DNA of 64,000 nucleotides from assembly GCF_018350175.1 (NCBI RefSeq), contig NC_058383.1, positions 17,982,001 through 18,046,000 of the forward strand. Direction: 5' to 3'. Origin of the DNA: Felis catus. Its lineage: Eukaryota. Position 1 is the first letter of the stretch, and each line of letters opens with the position of its first letter. Positions 25,531 to 39,006 of this stretch are shown piece by piece. Both the position numbers and the translations under genes were made by a program. Below the pieces are notes generated by a model that had not been told where the DNA came from, ran no database searches, and worked only from the letters and a program-made list of their open reading frames with translations.

Positions 25531-26929
25531 AACTTCTGTTTCCTCAAAGGTTATTTTTCATTTTGTTTATATACTTATGATGCTCTTAACTACAAAAAAC
25601 TGAAGATCCAACTCCGAGGAAGACCACAGAAGGGGACAGGTGGTATTCAGGGGCCACTGACCCACCTATTACAATGCCTCAGGGATCCCATGCTCTTTGT
25701 CTCCCTGCCCTGCCACTCACAACACTGTCATCATCCTAGGGTTGGTTCCTTTCAGAGTTGTTGGATGTGTCCTTAATCATGTCTAGAGGGAGAGAGAAGT
25801 CAGTGACCTGGTTTTCTTTTAAAAGTAAGGAGGGGCTTTCTGGAGCATGTGGATGGCTCAATCTGTTGAGCATCTGACTCTTGGTTTCAGCTCAGGTCAT
25901 GATCTCACCATTTGTGGGATCAAGCCCCGTGTTGGGCTCTGTGCGCTGACAGCATGGAGCCTACCTGGGATCCCCTCTCTCTTTCTCTCTTTCTCTGTCT
26001 CTGTCTCTCTCTCTCAAAATAAATACATAAACATTTAAACAAAAGTTTCAAAAAAAAAAAAAAAAAAGGAAGGAAGAACTTCCCAAGAAGCTTCCCTTCT
26101 TTCAGTTTAGTGGGCTAGAATCGGGTCACATTTCCCTTTCCAATCATGGGCAAAGGTGAGGGTAGTTCCTGTAGATTAATCAGACTTTCTTTTTTTAGAT
26201 ATTAATTAGGGGCACCTAGGTGGCTCAGTCAGTTAAGTGTCTGACTTCAGCTCAAGCCATGATCTCATTATGGTTTATGAGATCGAGCCCTGTGTCAGCT
26301 CTGTGCTAACAGCTCAGAGCCTGGAGTCTGCTTCGGATTCTGTGCCTCCCTCTCTCTCTGCCCCTCTCCCACTCGTGCTCTGTCTGTCTCTCTCTCTCTC
26401 AAAAAAAAAAATAAACATTAAAAAATTTAAAATCTTAATTTATTTCTTTTTAAGTAATCTCTACACCCAACATGGGGCTCAAACTTGTAACCTTGAGATC
26501 AAGAGTTGCACAGTCTACCAACTGAGCCATTCAGGAGCCTCTAATCAGACTTTCTTCGGGAGCTGAAGGAGGGGTCAGTACCCCTGATGTGCATGTAGAG
26601 TGGGCTTCTGAACAGATTGGGGTTCTGTTAGGAAGGAGGGAGGCAGAATGGTTGCTGAGGCTGTTTCATTTTGGTGCTTTCTTTTCACCTTGCAGCACTT
26701 CTCTGAATATCTGGTATTTCTTTAAAGTCCTTTCAGCATTCAGAGTAAGCTAATAAAACACTAATTGGGGACTTGCTTACTGGAGTAGGGCTTTCTAACG
26801 CAGAGGCTGAATTTTCAAATCCTCCCCCCCTCCTTTTTTTTTTTTTTTTTGAGAAAAACTCTTGGATTAGCATCAAACTATTCATCAGCAAAATCAAGTA
26901 TCCAGATCCTAGAAGAAAAGAAGATAATC

Positions 26930-27160
26930 GGGGCGCCTGGGTGGCTCAGTCGGTTAAGCGTCCGACTTCGGCTCAGGTCACGATCTCACGGTCCGTGAGT
27001 TCGAGCCCCGCGTCGGGCTCTGGGCTGATGGCTCAGAGCCTGGAGCCTGCTTCCGATTCTGTGTCTCCCTCTCTCTCTGCCCCTCCCCCGTTCATGCTCT
27101 GTCTCTCTCTGTCTCAAAAATAAATAAATAAAAACGTTAAAAAAAATTAAAAAAAAAAAA
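26930..27160 (+). mobile_element. Young feline Can-SINE
   Basis: CpG-rich, long A tail, perfect 17-bp TSD AAGAAAAGAAGATAATC (26913-26929 and 27161-27177). Confidence 0.95.
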
Positions 27161-28939
27161 AAGAAAAGAAGATAATCCTTCTAGGTTCTAAGGAAATAAT
27201 TTTTAGCCTGGCATTCTTAACCGACTGAGCCACCCAGGTGCCCCTAGCCTAGCATTCTATATCAAGCAGGTGTAAGAATGAAATAAAGACCTATGAAGGT
27301 GAAAGATTAATCAGAAAGTTTACCTTCTTCTTAAGAAGTCCCCTTTATTAGAAAATGACTTGAGGATATGCTCCAGCAAAAATGAGGGGATAAACCTAGA
27401 AAGAGGAGGATGTGGGGTGCAGGAAATAGGGGACCCCACCTGGGAACACAATACCACTGGTTCTAGGATAAAGCTGTGTAGCAATAGGGAGGGGCAGGGG
27501 GGCAAGGAAGCCTCTTGGAACAAGGAATTATGAGAAGCAATTAGAAACTCTGGGAAAAATTAAAAGATGTATGAGTTAGGGGAGATAATCATAGTAAAGT
27601 GTTAGTTGTGCACTGAACAAAATTATGTAATCTTTAAAAGGAAAGACAACTGATAATTTTTCACTGTTATACTCAAATTCTGGACAAGTCAGTGAGCTGA
27701 GGCAAATATTCTACTGAGACGATGCAAATATTCTGAGACGATGCATATATTCTGCTGAGGTGCTATCCAGTAAGGTAACCATGATCTACATGTGGTTTTT
27801 GAATATGTGAAATGTAGCTGGCTAGTTGCAATGGAGGACATGAATTTTAAATCTTATTTAATTTTAATTGATCGAAATGCAGATAGCCCCATGTGGCTAG
27901 TGACTGCTATATGGGACAGTATAGCTCTAGACCATGCAAAGAAGAGAATGCAAGTATAATCTACCCAGATCTTTATAAATAGTTTTTTTTTTTTAATTTC
28001 AGAGAGGGAGGAAGAGGGGCAGAGGGAGAGAGAGACTCTGAAGCAGGCTCCACCGTGGAGCCCACCGTGGGGCTCAATCCCACGACCTTGGGATGACGAC
28101 CTGAGCCAAAATCAAGAGTCGGAAGCTCAAACGACTGAGCCACCCCGGCGCCCCTACCCAGAACGTTATCAAAGTAAATGTACGCATAACAGAAACTGGG
28201 CAGAAGAGAGCTAAAGGCAGGGAAGCCACAAAGTGACAACGGAGGATTTGTTACAGCTAACGTGGACACCGCGTACATGGAGGTTAGAGGCGCTGGCAGT
28301 GTTCCGAGTCCCGTCCGCGCTCATTTAATCCTCAGGACAAGGCCGTCTGCCAGATGCTGTTGTTAGCCTCTTCTCGTGGCTGAGCAGCCTCAGACACGGG
28401 AAGGCCACATCTGTTGCCCAGAGTCTCACACTCTCAGTCAGGGGCTGAGCCCGGATCTGACTCAGGACATCTGGTCCCAGAGTCTACTCCCTGAACCACT
28501 GTGCCTCTGAGCTTAACTGATACCCCCCAATGACCATGGCCAGCTGTTATTTAAAGTAACAAAAAACAGGGGCAGCTGGGTGGCTCGGTCAGTTGAGCGT
28601 CCGACTTCGGCTCAGGTCATGATCTCACAGTCTGTGGGTTCGAGCCCTGCATCAGGCTCCGTGCTGACAGCTCGGAGCCTGGAGCCTGCTTCGGGTTCTG
28701 TGTCTCCCTTTCTCTCTCTGCCCCTCTTCTGCTCATGCTCTGTCTCTCTCTGTCTCAAAAACAAAAACAAAAACAAAAAAAACAAACCAAAAAACATTTT
28801 TAAAAAATTAAAAAAAAATAAAGTAACAAAAAACAACTTTAGTTACAGTTACAAAGGACCTAAAGAGAAGGATGTAGGAAACCTGGGAAGTGAGACAGGG
28901 CCAGTGGGTCAAATGTTCATCTATTGAGCTGGAAACTCT

Positions 28940-30750
28940 GTCATCTGTCGATGACATTTGGGCTCTTTCCATACTTTGGCTGTTGTCGATAGCACTTCTA
29001 TGGACATTGGGGTACATGTGCCCCTTCAAAACAGCACACCCGTATCCCTAGCAGTACAATTGCTGGGTCTTAGGGTGGTTCTATTTTTAGTTTTTTGAGG
29101 AACCTTCATACTGTTTTCCCAGCTTGCTTTCCCACCAACAGTGCAAAAGAGATCCTCTTTCTCCGCATCCTCGTCAGCATCTGTTGTTGCCTGAGTTGTT
29201 AATGTTTGCCATTCTGACAGGGGTGAGGTGGTGTCTCATCGTGGTTTTGATTTGTGTTTCCCTGATGAAGAGTGATGTTGGGCATTTCTTCACGTGTCGG
29301 TTGGCCATCTGCATGTCTTCTTTGGAGAAGTGTCTATCCGTGTCTTTTGCCCATTTCTTCACTGGATTATTTGTTTTTTGGGCGTTGAGTTTGGGAAGTT
29401 CTTTATAGATTTTGGATACTAACTCTTTATCTGATACGTCATTTGCAAATATCTTCTTTCTCCCATTCCGCTGGTTGCCTTTTAGTTTTGCTGACTGGCT
29501 GTGCAGAAGGTTTCTATTTTGATGAGGTCCCAATAGTTCATTTCTGCTTTTGTTTCCCATGCCTCCAGACACGTGTTGAGTGAGAAGTTGCTGCGGGAAA
29601 GATCAAAGAGGTTTTTGCCTGCTTTCTCCTCGAGGATTTTGATGGCTTCCTGTCTTACATTTAGGTCTTTCATCCATTTTGAGTTGACTTTTTTTTTTTT
29701 TTAATATTTTTTCCCAGCGTTTTTATTTATTTTTGGGACAGAGAGAGACAGAGCATGAACGGGGGAGGGGCAGAGAGAGAGGGAGACACAGAATCGGAAA
29801 CAGGCTCCAGGCTCCGAGCCATCAGCCCAGAGCCTGACGCGGGGCTCGAACTCACAGACCGCGAGATCTGACCTGGCTGAAGTGGGACGCTTAACCGACT
29901 GCGCCACCCAGGCGCCCCTTGAGTTGACTTTTGTGTCTGGTGTAAGAAAGTGGTCCAGGTTCATTTTTCCGTGTGTCGCTGTCCAGTTTCCCAGCCCCAC
30001 TTGCTGAAGACACTGTGATTATTCCATTGGATATTCTTTCCTGCGTGGTCAGAGATTAGTTGGCCGTATGTTTCTGGGTCCATTTCTGGGTTCTCTATTC
30101 TGTGCCATTGATCTCAGTATCTGTTTTTGTGCCAGCACCATACTGCCTTGATGATTACAGATTTGTAATACAGCTTGAAGTCCGGGGTTCTGATGCCTCC
30201 AGCTTTGGTTTTCTTTTTCAGGATTGCTTTGGCTATTCAGGGTCTTTTCTGGTTCCAATACAAGTTTTATTATTTTTTTTAATGTTTATTTATTTTTGAA
30301 AGAGACGGAGAGAGCGAGCACAAGCGGAAGAGGGGCAGAGAGACAGAATCCAAAGCAGGCTCCAGGCTCTGAGCTACCAGCACAGAGCCCGATGAGGGGC
30401 TTGAACTCACAGACCACAAGATCTGAGCTGAAGTCGGACACTTAGCCGACTGAGCCACCCAGGTGCCCCTGGTTCCATATAAATTTTAGGATTGTTTGTT
30501 CTAGCTCTGTGAAGAATGCTTGTGCTATTTTCATAGGGATCGTATTGAGTATGTAGATTGCTTTGGGTAGTATCGACATTTTAACAATATTTGTTTTCCA
30601 GTCCAGGAGCATGGAACCTTTTTCCATTTTTTCATGTCTTCTTCAATTTCTTTCATAAGCTTTCTGTATAGGTTGCAATGTGTAGCTTTTTCACCTCTTT
30701 GGTTAGGTTTATTCCTAGGGATTTTATGGGTGTTGGTGCAATTGTAAATG
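28940..30750 (-). mobile_element. Felid-type L1 ORF2 C-terminal fragment with nested SINEs
   Basis: Minus-strand ORFs give L1 ORF2-like peptides ([49 protein letters not shown]). Young SINE at 29693-29918 with TSD TTGAGTTGACTTTT. Confidence 0.9.
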
Positions 30751-33221
30751 GTTATTAGCCCTATTTTACAGTTGAAGAAACTGTATGGAACCTTTTTCCA
30801 TTGTTTCGTGTCTTCTCCAATTTCTTTCATAAGCTTTCAGTATAGTTTGCAATGTGTAGCTTTTCACCTCTTTGGTTGGGTTTATTCCTAGGGATTTAAT
30901 GGGTCTTGGTGCAGTTGTAGAATGTTATCCCTACTTTACAGATGAAGAAACTGAGGCAGAGGGGATGAAATCACCGACCCTAGGCCGCACACAGAGGAGG
31001 CAATGCAGCTCGGTGCCAGTGTCCCGTCCGCTCTTCTGTGGCTCCCCTGGCGCCTGGCTTAGGAGCAGGGAGGGGCAGGCTCTCTGGTGCCAGCTCCTAT
31101 CTGCTGTGGTGTCTGGCTGCAAACAGCCCCTCACAGCCCTGCAGAAGGTCGGAACTGCAAGCCCAAACACTGGTGAGGAAGGGGCTGGGAGGGAAGAGCT
31201 TATCTTCATAGAACACAAGTTGCTCGAGTCACTTGGAAGCCTGAAACCCTCTGATGACCCGGGATGACCTCCTGGATGTCTGCGGGCTGGGCGGGGGTGG
31301 TCGCAGATCCAGACCCTTTGAATGCCCGCAGCCCCCACCCCTACCTCACCCCGTTCTGCCCTGCAGGACACCCTCTCTTTCTCTGGGCTGGAGAACTTTG
31401 CATCACCCTAGCGCCTACCGTGTATGAGGCACCTTCCAGGGTCTGCCGGGACAGCAGACAGAAACACCTTGCACCGTCACAGAGCTCACATGCTGGTAGG
31501 GCCAGCCAGCCAGAAACAAGATAGGGAAGTAGAAGATACAGCATTCGAGAAGGTGAGAAGTGCTGTGGAGAGAAACGTGTGGGGGGCGGAAATGGGGGGG
31601 TGCAGACCAGGGGGGTGGGCACAATTTGACTAGGGTGGCCAGACAGAGCCAGAAGCTATTATTTGAGCAAAAACTTGTGAGGAAACAACAACAACAACAA
31701 CCAAACAACCATAGCAACAAAATAAGCAAACAAAACAAAAACCCCTATCTATGAAAAAAGGAGCCATCTAGATATCTGGGTGAAGAGCCTTCCAGGTGGG
31801 GGCATGACAGCACCAAGGCCCCAAGGCTCACATTTTTCAGATACAAATGGAAGCCTTGGTGGTAGGAGCAGGGGGAATAAGGGCAGGAGAGGGAGGGAGA
31901 GAGGGGGGGAGGGGCAGATCACGTATGGCCTCGTTGGCCATTCTGAGGACTTGAGGCGGGTGGGCACGGTCTTCAGGTGTAGAGCAGCTGAAGGGTAGGA
32001 TCAGATGTGTGATCTGGGGCCCTCTGGCTGTTCTGTTGGAAAGAGAGCATCCAAAGGAGGATGAGGTCACAGGGAAGGAGACTGGTGCATGTACTGGGTG
32101 AGAGTAGGAGAGGTTTGGATCAGGGGGTAGTGGTGATGAGGAGATAGGCAGACTCTGGATCTTTCTGTGTTATTTTCAAAATTTTGGGGGCACCTAGCCA
32201 GCCTAGTTGCTGGAGTGTGCAACTCTTGATATGGGGGTCATAGGTTTGAGATCCACATTGGGTGAAGAGATTACTTAAAAATAAAAAATTTTAGGGGCGC
32301 CTGGGTGGCTCAGTGGGTTAAGTGTCTTTTTTTTTTTTTAAGCTTATTTATTTTGAGAAAGAGAGAGAGAGCATGAGTAGGGGAGGGGCAGAGAGAGGGA
32401 GAGAGAGAACCTCAAGCAGGCTTGAACTCATGAAACATGAGATCATGACCTGAGCTGAAATCAAAAGTCAGATACTTAACTGGACCACCCAGGCATCTGA
32501 CTTTTGATTTTGGCTCAGGTCATGATCTCACTGTACCTGAGATCAAGCCCCAAGCGTTCTCTCTCTCTCTCTTTCTCTCTCTCAAAATAAATAAACTTAA
32601 AAAAATTTTTTTTTTTTAGCGTTTATTTATTTTTGAGACAGAGAGAGACAGAGCATGAACGGGGAGGGTCAGAGAGAGGGAGACACAGAGTCTGAAACAG
32701 GCTCCAGGCTCTGAGCTGTCAGCACAGAGCTCGATGCGGGGCTCAAACTCACGGACCGCGAGATCATGACCTGAGCTGAAGTCGGCCGCTCAACCGACTG
32801 AGCCACCCAGGCGCCCCAATAAACAAACTTTAAAAACAAAAAAACATGTCCCCCTGCTGTATGCCTAAGCAAATAATAGACGGGTGGTAGAATTACATTT
32901 TCAGTACAGCATCTGGATGCATCATAAAAACTTCGTAGTTCTCAGAAGCCTCCTCTGGGTTTTTTTGTTCTTGCCCTTGGGGAAGTGTGATGACCCCATC
33001 CAGCGTTTTTGTTAATGACCACTAATTAAAAGACTTCTTCAGGGGCCTGGGTGGCTCAGTTGGTTAAGCATCTGACTTCAGCTCAGGTCAAGATCTCGCG
33101 GCCTGTGGGTTCAAGTCCTGCATTGGGCTCTGTGTTGACTGACAGCTCAGAGCCTGGAGCCTGCTTCGGATTCTGTGTCTCCCTCTCCCTCTTCCCCTTC
33201 CCCTCCCCCTCCCCCATTCGC

Positions 33222-33260
<39 letters not shown>

Positions 33261-34281
33261 AATAAAATAAACATTTAAAAAAAAAAGACTTCTTTCTCTT
33301 ATGAGTAACCGAGTAGAGAATTAAGATTTGGAAGACATTCTTTCTCGCTTTTTTATTCCATAGTTGTCTTCTCAAATCTCAGGGCAGGTGCTAAACAAAT
33401 GAGGGAAATGATGGCCCAGGAAAATGTTAAAATATATGAGAATATAGGAACAGCCCCACGGAAGAGGTGCACCGGGCATCAATGAGGAAGGGGGTGGAGC
33501 TTCTGTGCCTTCTGGGAGCGCACGGCTCTCCTCGAATCCCCACAGCTCAACCAACCCAGGAGCTTCTCCACTCTCTGTGAACATTTTGACACATACGCTT
33601 CATTTTTATCTCCTCCATTATTACTTTTATTGTTATTACTGTTATTTGTGTGGAATCTTTTTTAAATTTTTTTATTAAAATTTTTTGTTTTATTTTCATT
33701 TTTTACATTTACTTATTTTTTTGAGAGACATAGAGCGCACGTTGGGGAGTGGCAGATAGAGAGGGAGACACAGAATCCGAAGCAGGCTCCAGGCTCCTAG
33801 CTGTCAGCACAGAGTCCAACGCGGGGCTCAAACTCACAAACTGTGAGATCACGACCTGAGCCGAAGTTGGATGCTTAACCAACTAAGCCACCCAGGCGCC
33901 CCAATGTGTGTAATCGTTTAAGAGGAAGTTGCTGCATTGTGCACCTTCACTCCTATGTGCTTCGACGATGTATTTTCTGCAAACTAGAACATTCTCTGTT
34001 GTAACCAGCATGTACTTATCAAGTTCAGGAAAGTGAATGTGAATTCAATATTACCGTCTACTCTACAGGCTGCATTCAGATTTGCCAACTGTTCCCATGG
34101 TGTCTTTGATAGCAACTTTTCCCCCTGATTCCGGGGTCCAATCTGTAATGCATTTTGTTGTCACATCTCTTCACTCTTTCAAGATCTGGAAGAATGTCTC
34201 AGGCTTTCTTTGTCCTTCCCAATGCTGACATTTTTGAAGAGTACAGGCCTGTTATTTTATAAAATGTCCCTCAATTTGATT

Positions 34282-34285
<4 letters not shown>

Positions 34286-34358
<73 letters not shown>
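34286..34358. repeat. (TA)n(GA)n microsatellite at a SINE tail
   Basis: Seen directly in the sequence. Confidence 0.9.
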
Positions 34359-34366
<8 letters not shown>

Positions 34367-36231
34367 GCAGGGGAGAGGGGCAGAGGGAGGGAGATTGAGG
34401 ATTCCAATCAGACTCCATGCTCAGAGCGGAGCTGGATGTGGGGCTCATGACCTTGGGCTCATGACCTGAACTGAAATCAAGAGTTGAATGCTCAACTGAC
34501 CAAGCCAGCCAGGCGCCCCTTGCCCGATGTCTCTTAACAATCAGGTTCTGCATTGTTGCTGGGACTACCACAGATGTGATTTTGTGTCCTTCTCAGTGCA
34601 CCATATCTGCAGCCTCCCAATGTTGGTTTGCCCCATGACTGGTGATGTTAAGTTTGATCACTTGGTTGGAGCACCTAGCTAGCTCAGTCAGTGAAGCAGT
34701 GACTTTTGATCTCGGGGTTGTGAGTTTCAGCCCTGTGTTGGGTGTAGAGATTACTTGAAAATAAAATCTTAAAAAAAAAGTGCGATCATTCCGTTCAGAT
34801 GATGTCTGCTTGATCTCTCCACCGTGAAGTTGCTAATTTTCCTTCGTAATGTGTATATATCTGGTGGGGAGATATTTTAAGCCTGTAAAAATATCATATA
34901 TGCACCCCGCCCCTGCTGCCCCAATTTTACTCCACAGTTCATTCTTACTTGAATCAGTTATGTGGTGGCTGTAGATTGGTCATTTTAAAACTCTACATTC
35001 CTTCTACAATGATCCAGTAGCTACTGGAAAAGCTTTCCTACCACTCTCCCTCCTCTCTCCCATCTTCCTCCCTTCCCCCTTCCCTCTGTCTTTCTGGTAG
35101 TTTCAGGAGCCATATGAACTCATGGGTTCTTTCTTTATTCAGTGCATTAATCGATCACTACACTTATTCATTTTGATGCTCGAGGTGTCTCTGCTTTGGC
35201 CCCGGGGAAACTCCTTCAAGCTAGTCCCTTGTCCCTTTGACCCGTTCCTATCATTCTTTGAGCACGGCCTTACTTCCTGATGCAACAAGATATTCCAGGC
35301 TTACCTTGTGCCTTTCCTGCCCCGGCTTTGGAATCAGCCATTTTCTTAGGAGCCCTGGTTCCTTTCTAAGGAGAGAGGTATTTAGGAGCCAAGATCTGGG
35401 TTTCAGGTGCTGGCCCCATTTTGAAGGTAGAGATCGCAGGATGTACAGACACATTAGATGTAGGGTATAAAGGAAGGAGCGGAGTCCCCATTCCTTTCAG
35501 CTTTTGAAGACATTGCTTCTCTGAAGTTTTCCTAGGCGCTTCCCAAGGCTGGCTCTAGCCCTTATTTTAGCAGGTCTTCTATTATTTGAATCATTTATAC
35601 ACAAACATGTCTCTGCATGTAGCCCAGTAGTTAAATTTCCGACCCTGGTACTACCTGGGAGATCCTTATCCTTGGCCTTGGGTCCTTAGACCAACCTGGT
35701 TTTGAAGCTCATCTCTAGCCCTTGCTGGTTGCCTGAGCCTTGACAAGTCTCTGAACTGTTCTGTTTCTTAGTTTCTCCACCTGCCGAATTAGGGGTGATG
35801 ATCAGTATCTCACAGGATTGTTGTGAAGAGTAAATACTATGTAAATGTGAAGTGCTTGGCACTGAGCCTGGCCTGTTCTAGGACAGGTCACTTAATCTCT
35901 CTGTACTTGGCCTTCTCACCTGTAAAATGGGCTTGCTGTGAGGAGCAGCTGGGACCATGCACAGAGAACCTTTGGTTCTGTACCTGGCAGAGTGCTGCTA
36001 CCAGATTTTCGAAGTAATGCCCTTCTGTGATGTCTTTTTCACATTTTCATGATCTCTCCCTCCACCCCAGGGTCTACAGTCTGTGCAGATAGGTCCCTGT
36101 TTCTTGAGCGCTTCAGGCTAGAGCCCGGGCCCTGCCCGGTTCTCTCTTCTTTCCCCGGAACTGGGGTCCCGCATAGAGCCTGGGGAACATCCAACTTTGT
36201 CAGCAGCAATTTGGTTGAAATGACATTTTGT

Positions 36232-36457
36232 TGTTGTTGTTTTTTTTTTTTTTTAAACGTTTATTTATTTTTGGGACAGAGAGAGACAGAGCATGAACGG
36301 GGGAGGGGCAGAGAGAGAGGGAGACACAGAATTGGAAACAGGCTCCAGGCTCTGAGCCATCAGCCCAGAGCCCGACGCGGGGCTCGAACTCACGGACCGC
36401 GAGATCGTGACCTGGCTGAAGTCGGACGCCCAACCGACTGCGCCACCCAGGCGCCCC
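36232..36457 (-). mobile_element. Young feline Can-SINE
   Basis: CpG-rich copy with perfect 16-bp TSD TGAAATGACATTTTGT (36216-36231 and 36458-36473). Confidence 0.95.
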
Positions 36458-37720
36458 TGAAATGACATTTTGTCAAAAATGCATTGTGCTTCAGTAATTG
36501 TTTTAAAGATTGGGAAACTGGGAATCTCTGTGTAGTCTTACAAATATTTTGGTTGACTTTTAGAATTAAAAAAAAAAAAAAGAAAGAAAGAAAGAAAGAA
36601 ATTTTAACCTGGGCGCCTGGGTGGCTCTGTCGGTTAAGTGACCAACGCTTGGTTTCGGCTCAGGTCATGGTCTCACGGTTTGTGAGTTTGAGCCCCCCGT
36701 GTCAGGCTCTGCGCTGACAGTGCAGAGTCTGCTTGGGATTCTGTCTCCCTCCCTCCCTGCCCCTCCCTTCTCGTGCTCTCTAAGATAAATAAATCGACTT
36801 AAAAAAATTTAACCTCCAATTACTTCTCAGCCAATTGTTTGTACCTTTCTATTTGCCGTAGTAAAATGTTAAAATAACCTAAATGTCTGACAATGGAATG
36901 GCTTTTTTCTTTTTTTTCCTCTTCTTTCCTTCCTTCTTCTGTTCAGTTAAGCGCAGAACAGTATGTAGAATAAGATGTAATGTAATGAAATACATGCATA
37001 TATGCTTGCGTAAGCACAGATGTAACGCACAACTTTGCTCTGAACGTTTATCTGGTGGCAGGGTTTGGAGCTTTTCCACTCTCCTGACTGTCGGGGAGGC
37101 AATCCGCCAGGGCGCTGAGCATCCCCGCACACTCCTGCTCGCATGCCAAGAACACAGGTCCCAGCTGCTCTACATCCGGGCCATTTCTTGGGGCTATTCT
37201 CTGGGCTGAGTGACTGAGGGACACAGTAATGTTGCCCTGAAGAGCAGGCTTGCTTACCACCTGCTCAAACAGGGGGAAAGGCCCCAAGCTCAGAGTTCCT
37301 TAGCAGCAGGGCAAGCCCCTGTGTGTCACCCTTGTGGGACGTGGGGGCGAGGGGAACTGATGCAAACATTATCCTCCTGCCTGCTCTGCTGTGAGTGATG
37401 GATTCCCCTGTCTGGGACCCAGGTGTCTCATGTATCTGTCAGAGGAACTCCTTAGCTTGTGCGTGGCGTATAACCCCAGGCCTTCACACGGGCCTGTTCA
37501 ATCACTTATCACGTACATATACTTTTTTACAACACAAAAATCGGTTTGGGGTCACCTGGGTGGCTTTGTCAGCTGAGCGTCTGACTCTTGATTTTGGGTC
37601 AGGTCCCAGGGTCATCGAATTGAGTTCCATGTAGGGCTCCGTGCTGAAAAGTGGAGTCGGCTTGGGATTCTCTCTTTCTCTGCCTGTCTATCCTGCTCAT
37701 GCATGCTCTCTCTCAAAAAA

Positions 37721-37755
<35 letters not shown>

Positions 37756-38867
37756 AAACGTGGTTTTGATTTTTTAAAATATTTATTTTTGAGAGAGAGA
37801 GAGAGAGAGAGAACGAGTGGGAGAGGGGCAGAAGGTGAGAGAGACGCAGAATCTAAAGCAGGCTCCAGGTTCTGAGCTGTCAGTACAAAGCCCGATGCGG
37901 GGTTCCAACTCGTGAACCGGGAGATCATGACCTGAGCCGGTCGGATGTTTAACCGACTGAGCCACCCAGGCACCTCTGGTTTTGATTTTTTTTTTTTTCT
38001 TTTAAAGAAAGGCAAAAAGCCAAAATCACACTCATGCAGAAAGTCAAGGCTTACAAATTAGAAGAGAGAAACAGAAATAAACAAATAAATAAATAAGTGA
38101 ACAAATGTGTATACACACACAAAAAGAAGGAGGAGTAGGAAAAAGAAAACAATTAGAGGAAATTCAGAAAACAGCAACTATCAAAAGAAGAAAATAAAGG
38201 ACCCCCTACTCATACCTATCCAAAGAAACTTGGTTAATGCCTCGGTAGATGTTTTTCCAGACTGTTTTCCATATAGCTTCCCACATCTTTATTAGTTTTC
38301 CCCCCAAATAAAATCATGACGAATGAGTGCTTCGTAACCACCTTGGTCTAGTTAAGCACCCCACAACTGGGACCCCGCGTGGTGGCCCCCCAAGCCACCA
38401 GTCTTGAGATGTCATCCAGACCCCATCGGGACTGCACGTGGCCTGCAAAGGCTTTCGCGGCCCCCCCAGCCAGAGCCGAGGCTTCTTACCCTGGTAGTTC
38501 CGGGGAGCTCTTGGGGCAGGAAAGGGTGCTACCCTGCTCTCGGGGGCAGGAAAGGGTGCTACCCTGGGTTTGGGCCTAACAACTTGGGAACCACAAATGC
38601 AAAGGAAGCCACCCTCCCCTCTCATGTCCTCCTCCGCACCCCCTGTTCTAGAGCACGGCTTCGCATCACACCGGCTCTGACCCTTATCCCTCTGCCAGCC
38701 TCGCCCCTCGCCGTCCTGGCTCCCAGCGAGGTCCCCGTTCCAGACCTCCCCTCGGCACCCACCACGACCCCACTTGCCTCAGCCAAGACCCCAGAGCCCC
38801 TGGCATCATCTCAGACCCCAGCAAGAGCGAGTGATGGAGCTGTCATCACACAGCAGCTGTGGGAGCA

Positions 38868-38925
38868 GGGCGGGTGGGGCAGGATGCCGGGGTGGGGTGG
38901 GTGGAGCCAGGGCCACTTCCTTTCC
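38868..38925 (+). promoter_or_regulatory. SPN: SPN TATA-less core promoter (Sp1/GT box and Ets-like site)
   Basis: GGGTGGGTGGAGCC at 38895-38908 matches the Sp1 element I recall from the human leukosialin promoter; CACTTCCT (Ets core) follows. Confidence 0.75.
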
Positions 38926-38934
38926 CCCTGGGGC

Positions 38935-39006
38935 CCATCTGCCCAGTCCTGCCCCAGCCTCAGGAGGAGTTGGAGTGGTCTGGTCCCAGCCCTGTGCCCT
39001 CATCAA
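38935..39006 (+). other. SPN: SPN non-coding exon 1 (start approximate); intron 39007-39397
   Basis: Donor CAA|GTGAGC at 39007 and acceptor CCCTCCCTCAG| at 39397. The 391-bp intron fits the known single short 5' UTR intron of SPN. Confidence 0.65.

Larger units (their letters stand above)
7405..38100. repeat. Repeat-saturated intergenic block: dozens of Can-SINEs in both orientations plus L1, L2, MIR, DNA-transposon and MaLR relics
   Basis: Recurrent GGGGCGCCTGGGTGGCTCAGTCGGTTAAG heads, (CT)n and A-rich tails. Most ORFs in the track here are SINE or L1 translations. Confidence 0.95.
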
